Shown here: one piece after another, positions 17,738-20,457 of the stretch
Layout of the letters: the number at the start of each line of letters is the position of its first letter
How positions within the stretch are numbered: position 1 is the stretch's first letter
Program-made: the position numbers and the translations under genes
The notes under the pieces: generated by a model
The model's input: only the letters and a program-made list of their open reading frames with translations
Databases searched by the model: none
What the model was told of the DNA's origin: nothing
DNA from: an uncultured Oligoflexus sp.
GTDB lineage: Bacteria; Bdellovibrionota_B; Oligoflexia; Oligoflexales; Oligoflexaceae
DNA length: 20,457 nucleotides
Assembly (NCBI GenBank): GCA_964236955.1
Contig: CAXSGP010000003.1
Coordinates: forward strand, 88,459 to 108,915
Direction of reading: 5' to 3'

Positions 17738-17772
17738 GGCTCCTTAACAGGGTGGGGGCCTGCAAAGGAGCC
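17738..17772 (-). terminator. Imperfect hairpin just downstream of the methyltransferase, possible end of the RiPP operon transcript
   Basis: GGCTCCTT (17738-45) pairs with AAGGAGCC (17765-72), and inner CAGG pairs with CCTG. It lies about 28 nt past the stop codon; the U-tract is weak. Confidence 0.35.
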
Positions 17773-17799
17773 TTGGGTAGGAGCGGAAAATTAAATGAT

Positions 17800-18558
17800 T
17801 CAAACCAGACCAAGGGCCGGCCTTTGAGCAAGAACCAGGAGGTGAACGGAAGACGAGCTATAAGGGCTGCCATCGAAATCTCCAAATGTTTCGATTTTGA
17901 CGAAGCCTGCTTTTGCCAAGTGTATGCAAAGTTCTTCTTTAGAATAGAGTCTTAAGCCAACTTCGGCCTCGGTCGGGGGTTCTGTGCTGGAGCTATAGGT
18001 CCATTTGTTTTCAAGCCATCGTCCCTCTTGCGTAAAGCGATGTTCGCTTCGGATGATGGAACCGTCAGGCTGAATTTTTTCGCTTTTATGAGGCATTGAT
18101 CTTTGAAAGATTTCACGGCTCATGAGATCCATTAGCAGTTTACCGCCCGGTCTGAGGGATTGGAAGAACTTCTCAAGTACTTTTTCATCGTCCTTGGGGT
18201 CGGAGAAGTATCCAAAGGATGTGTATAGATTGACGACAGCATCGAAGTATCCCTGACGACAAAAAGTTCTCATATCGCCTTCCACCCATTCTGCGGTAGC
18301 CTTGGCGTCACGGCTGCGTTTTTGCGCTTCGGCGAGGAACTCCGGAGTGATATCAACCCCTGTAACCTTCATGCCCAGCTTGCTCAGCTGAATCGAGTGA
18401 CGGCCAACGCCGCAGGGGAGGTCGAGCACTTTAGACTGCTTAGCTAGCTCAAGAAGCTTCAATACAGCCTTGGCCTCGTCGACGGCATCCATCCATTTAT
18501 TCTCAGGAAACATGAAGCGTTGCATGTCGGTCCAAGTGGTCAGTTTTGCTGCAGGCAT
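17800..18558 (-). CDS. Class I SAM-dependent methyltransferase
   Basis: Motif I VLDLPCGVGRH, VTGVDIT, GDMR, FDAVVNLYTSFGYF, LRPGGKLLMD; SD GAGGA upstream; 29 bp after the YcaO stop. Confidence 0.9.
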   Translation of the reverse strand: MPAAKLTTWTDMQRFMFPENKWMDAVDEAKAVLKLLELAKQSKVLDLPCGVGRHSIQLSKLGMKVTGVDITPEFLAEAQKRSRDAKATAEWVEGDMRTFCRQGYFDAVVNLYTSFGYFSDPKDDEKVLEKFFQSLRPGGKLLMDLMSREIFQRSMPHKSEKIQPDGSIIRSEHRFTQEGRWLENKWTYSSSTEPPTEAEVGLRLYSKEELCIHLAKAGFVKIETFGDFDGSPYSSSSVHLLVLAQRPALGLV

Positions 18559-18587
18559 GGCTCAGTCCTCAAAATTATTTTTGCGTT

Positions 18588-19622
18588 TTAGGGAATCGGA
18601 TGGATCTTTCTTTCGTCGGGGATCTTTGCGAATGGACCTTGGTCCCAATTACCAAATACCAGTGGAATCGATTCTTGGGCGATCGCCTTGCTCACGAAGT
18701 ATTCAGGACGTGAGGGACTGGACATCGCCGCAAAATCCACGCGCATGATCGTGCTGCTTTTTGGATTGGGAGTTGCAAATTCCCCTTTAAACCAGCGATG
18801 CAGGATCTGATGATGAGCCGGGTATAAGTAGTAGTCCTGATGGTAAAGGGGAGAGGCAAGAAAAGCCGGCTCTTCGCTTGGGATCTCTTCACCAAAAAGA
18901 AAACCGAGTCGCTGCCAGCTTTCAGACTTTGCTTTTTGCAAAGCATCTTTTTTGCTGAATCCGGCGCCGTAAGAGAGGATCAGGGGATGGGCGGTATCCT
19001 TAGGAACCAACGTCACCCCTGCGACCTGTATGAGGTTTCTGAAACATGTGACCGCCTGCCCGCCAAAATCCAGCGGAATCACGCTGTAAAGAGACTGTAT
19101 TTTTTGAAAGGAAAGTCCTAAAACATCTTGTGCCAAGACCTTGGGTGTGGATTCTCCGATCCAGGATTTGAGAACCAGATGACGCTCAATCAATTCGAAA
19201 CATGCACGTTTGCACGCTTCGCGCCAGCTATCATGAAGAGCGACCCCATTGGATTTCGCAAACTGGTAGGTCAATGCTGATCCTGTGGTTACGGCTTGAG
19301 GAAAGACTTCAATACCAGGCATTTTCTTGACAAAACGGCCTTTGGCGGCATCCAGACAATCAAATTCAGAGCGATGTAGATTCTCGAGGATAGCCGTACG
19401 TTCTATCAGTTCAAACCAGGCTTGGGCAAAGGGGTAAGTAGCAACGCTACCCGCACTTCCAACCACCGGCCCAAGGACCGGGTGGGTCGCTTCTATACCC
19501 GTGACATAAATCGTTTGACCCGATACTTTTGTCGTCGCATTGAAGGGCTCACCGACACTCCAGCCAGGTAGCTTCAGATCTAATTTCTTCTTTGATCGGC
19601 TTCGACCGTTATGCTGCGGCAT
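18588..19622 (-). CDS. Compact YcaO-family ATP-dependent peptide backbone-modifying enzyme
   Basis: YcaO ATP/Mg motifs AWFELIERT and SNGVALHDSWREACKRACFELIERH; ALQKAKSE; Pro-rich C-terminus KIHPIP*; SD AAGGA; 14-nt overlap with the upstream gene. Confidence 0.8.
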   Translation of the reverse strand: MPQHNGRSRSKKKLDLKLPGWSVGEPFNATTKVSGQTIYVTGIEATHPVLGPVVGSAGSVATYPFAQAWFELIERTAILENLHRSEFDCLDAAKGRFVKKMPGIEVFPQAVTTGSALTYQFAKSNGVALHDSWREACKRACFELIERHLVLKSWIGESTPKVLAQDVLGLSFQKIQSLYSVIPLDFGGQAVTCFRNLIQVAGVTLVPKDTAHPLILSYGAGFSKKDALQKAKSESWQRLGFLFGEEIPSEEPAFLASPLYHQDYYLYPAHHQILHRWFKGEFATPNPKSSTIMRVDFAAMSSPSRPEYFVSKAIAQESIPLVFGNWDQGPFAKIPDERKIHPIP

Positions 19623-20286
19623 TAACTTTATCCTTGGTGCAGCTGGTGTAGAATTTCTCGTGCAGGATTATGGTCTTTTCAATGTTTGCGAAAAACAGCG
19701 GGCGATAGACCTTTTCATCGACGATATCTTTCATAATGGCCTCCCATTCATGAACATGATCTTTATCAAGCTCTGCATGGTTTTCGACTACCGTCATCGA
19801 TTTGGGAGGGAAGCCACATTTTGTTTCCAAGGCCTCGGTAGTTTCCGGACCGCAAATAACACAAAGATATTCAGCGAAGAAGATATAACTAAGGTATAGA
19901 TAGGGATCTGTGGCAATGATGAGTTCTATGTGGGAAATCAGATGTTTCATCGTCGGATCGACGGTCGCATCCTGTGTTTTCAATTGGCGTTTTTTATTAA
20001 CCACGGCCAGGTCGTCCTCAGCCCACTTATCATGGCCGACTTCTTCTCTTTTTTTGTTTTCAAAGAATGCTTTGAGTTTGCTTAGCTTTCTTTTTTCAGA
20101 TTCCCTGATCGCCAGATCCAAATGTATGGGTGTATGTTGGATCAGATAGTGTACGTTCACGAGAAAGCGGGTGACCATTTCGGGAGTAGCCCGGCCTTCT
20201 AATATAGCCTTATTGTAAGGCTCATTGATTCTCAGGTGTTTCCAATATTGCTCGACACGGGCCTTGAGTTCATTTACGAGTTGCAT
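19609..20286 (-). CDS. Heme-oxygenase-like diiron oxidase (iron-containing redox enzyme; CADD/PqqC/TenA superfamily)
   Basis: Helical-looking protein with metal ligand pattern EEVGH ... FFAEY ... NHAELDKDH (H-x3-D-x2-H, as in CADD). Start set at ATG 20286 with GGAG 6 nt upstream; the track's TTG at 20298 lies within the terminator U-tract. Confidence 0.82.
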   Translation of the reverse strand: MQLVNELKARVEQYWKHLRINEPYNKAILEGRATPEMVTRFLVNVHYLIQHTPIHLDLAIRESEKRKLSKLKAFFENKKREEVGHDKWAEDDLAVVNKKRQLKTQDATVDPTMKHLISHIELIIATDPYLYLSYIFFAEYLCVICGPETTEALETKCGFPPKSMTVVENHAELDKDHVHEWEAIMKDIVDEKVYRPLFFANIEKTIILHEKFYTSCTKDKVNAAA

Positions 20287-20296
20287 GGCTGGCTCC

Positions 20297-20322
20297 AAAA
20301 AAGAGCCCGTCCGAAGACGGGC
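20297..20322 (-). terminator. Intrinsic terminator/attenuator hairpin between precursor micro-genes and enzyme genes
   Basis: Minus strand reads GCCCGTC-TTCG-GACGGGC-TC-TTTTTT: perfect 7-bp stem, cUUCGg tetraloop, U6 tract. Confidence 0.85.
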
Positions 20323-20331
20323 GAGTTCATA

Positions 20332-20364
20332 TTAGAAAGTTACGGTTGCGAATTTCTTTTTCAT
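20332..20364 (-). CDS. Putative RiPP precursor micro-peptide MKKKFATVTF (enzyme-proximal copy)
   Basis: ATG AAA AAG AAA TTC GCA ACC GTA ACT TTC TAA, preceded by SD AGAGG (20373-77) 8 nt upstream; sits at the head of the oxidase-YcaO-methyltransferase operon. Confidence 0.75.
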   Translation of the reverse strand: MKKKFATVTF

Positions 20365-20402
20365 GATAATTTCCTCTAAATTGAATAGGCTAAAAGTAGA
20401 AT

Positions 20403-20435
20403 TTAGAAAGTTACGGTTGCGAATTTCTTTTTCAT
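20403..20435 (-). CDS. Putative RiPP precursor micro-peptide MKKKFATVTF (upstream copy)
   Basis: Nucleotide-identical copy with the same SD (20444-48), 71 bp upstream of the other copy. Confidence 0.75.
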   Translation of the reverse strand: MKKKFATVTF

Positions 20436-20457
20436 GATAATTTCCTCTAAATTGAAT

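Larger units (their letters stand above)
20332..20457. repeat. Direct repeat of at least 55 bp, 71-bp period, two copies visible, truncated by the window edge
   Basis: TTAGAAAGTTACGGTTGCGAATTTCTTTTTCATGATAATTTCCTCTAAATTGAAT at 20332-20386 and 20403-20457, separated by AGGCTAAAAGTAGAAT. Confidence 0.95.

Noticed and set aside
941..20149. Remaining short ORFs in the track overlapping called genes
   Set aside because: Alternate-frame or antisense overlaps of well-supported CDSs, with no motifs I could recognise.
19609..20286. pqqC or tenA assignment
   Set aside because: No pqq or thiamine genes nearby, and the protein carries a diiron-type ligand set, so only a superfamily-level call is made.
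20297..20435. Amino-acid attenuator leader peptide interpretation
   Set aside because: No run of a regulatory codon tied to a biosynthetic operon, no evident antiterminator, and duplication plus a downstream YcaO fit a precursor better. Not formally excluded.
20332..20457. CRISPR array interpretation of the terminal direct repeat
   Set aside because: A repeat of at least 55 bp with a 16-bp gap does not fit CRISPR geometry, no cas genes are seen, and the unit is exactly SD + ORF + stop.

Overview
Bacterial genomic window with two separate biosynthetic loci. (1) 1-15098: an ole olefin operon on the minus strand (oleA, then oleB running off the left edge) transcribed divergently from a three-gene iterative PUFA-synthase-type cluster (pfaD enoyl reductase; pfaA with KS-MAT-3xACP-KR-DH; a pfaC-like KS-CLF-DH gene with no AT domain). 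This suggests polyunsaturated fatty acid and polyunsaturated hydrocarbon synthesis. (2) 15239-17392: two convergent putative lipoproteins (DUF1566/Lcl-like and EF-hand). (3) 17800-20457, minus strand, the most novel part: a candidate RiPP operon missed by the ORF track. At least two identical tandem 10-codon micro-genes (MKKKFATVTF, each with its own Shine-Dalgarno, 71-bp period) are followed by a cUUCGg terminator hairpin, a heme-oxygenase-like diiron oxidase, a compact stand-alone YcaO enzyme and a SAM methyltransferase. All calls come from motif recognition by eye; no database searches were run.
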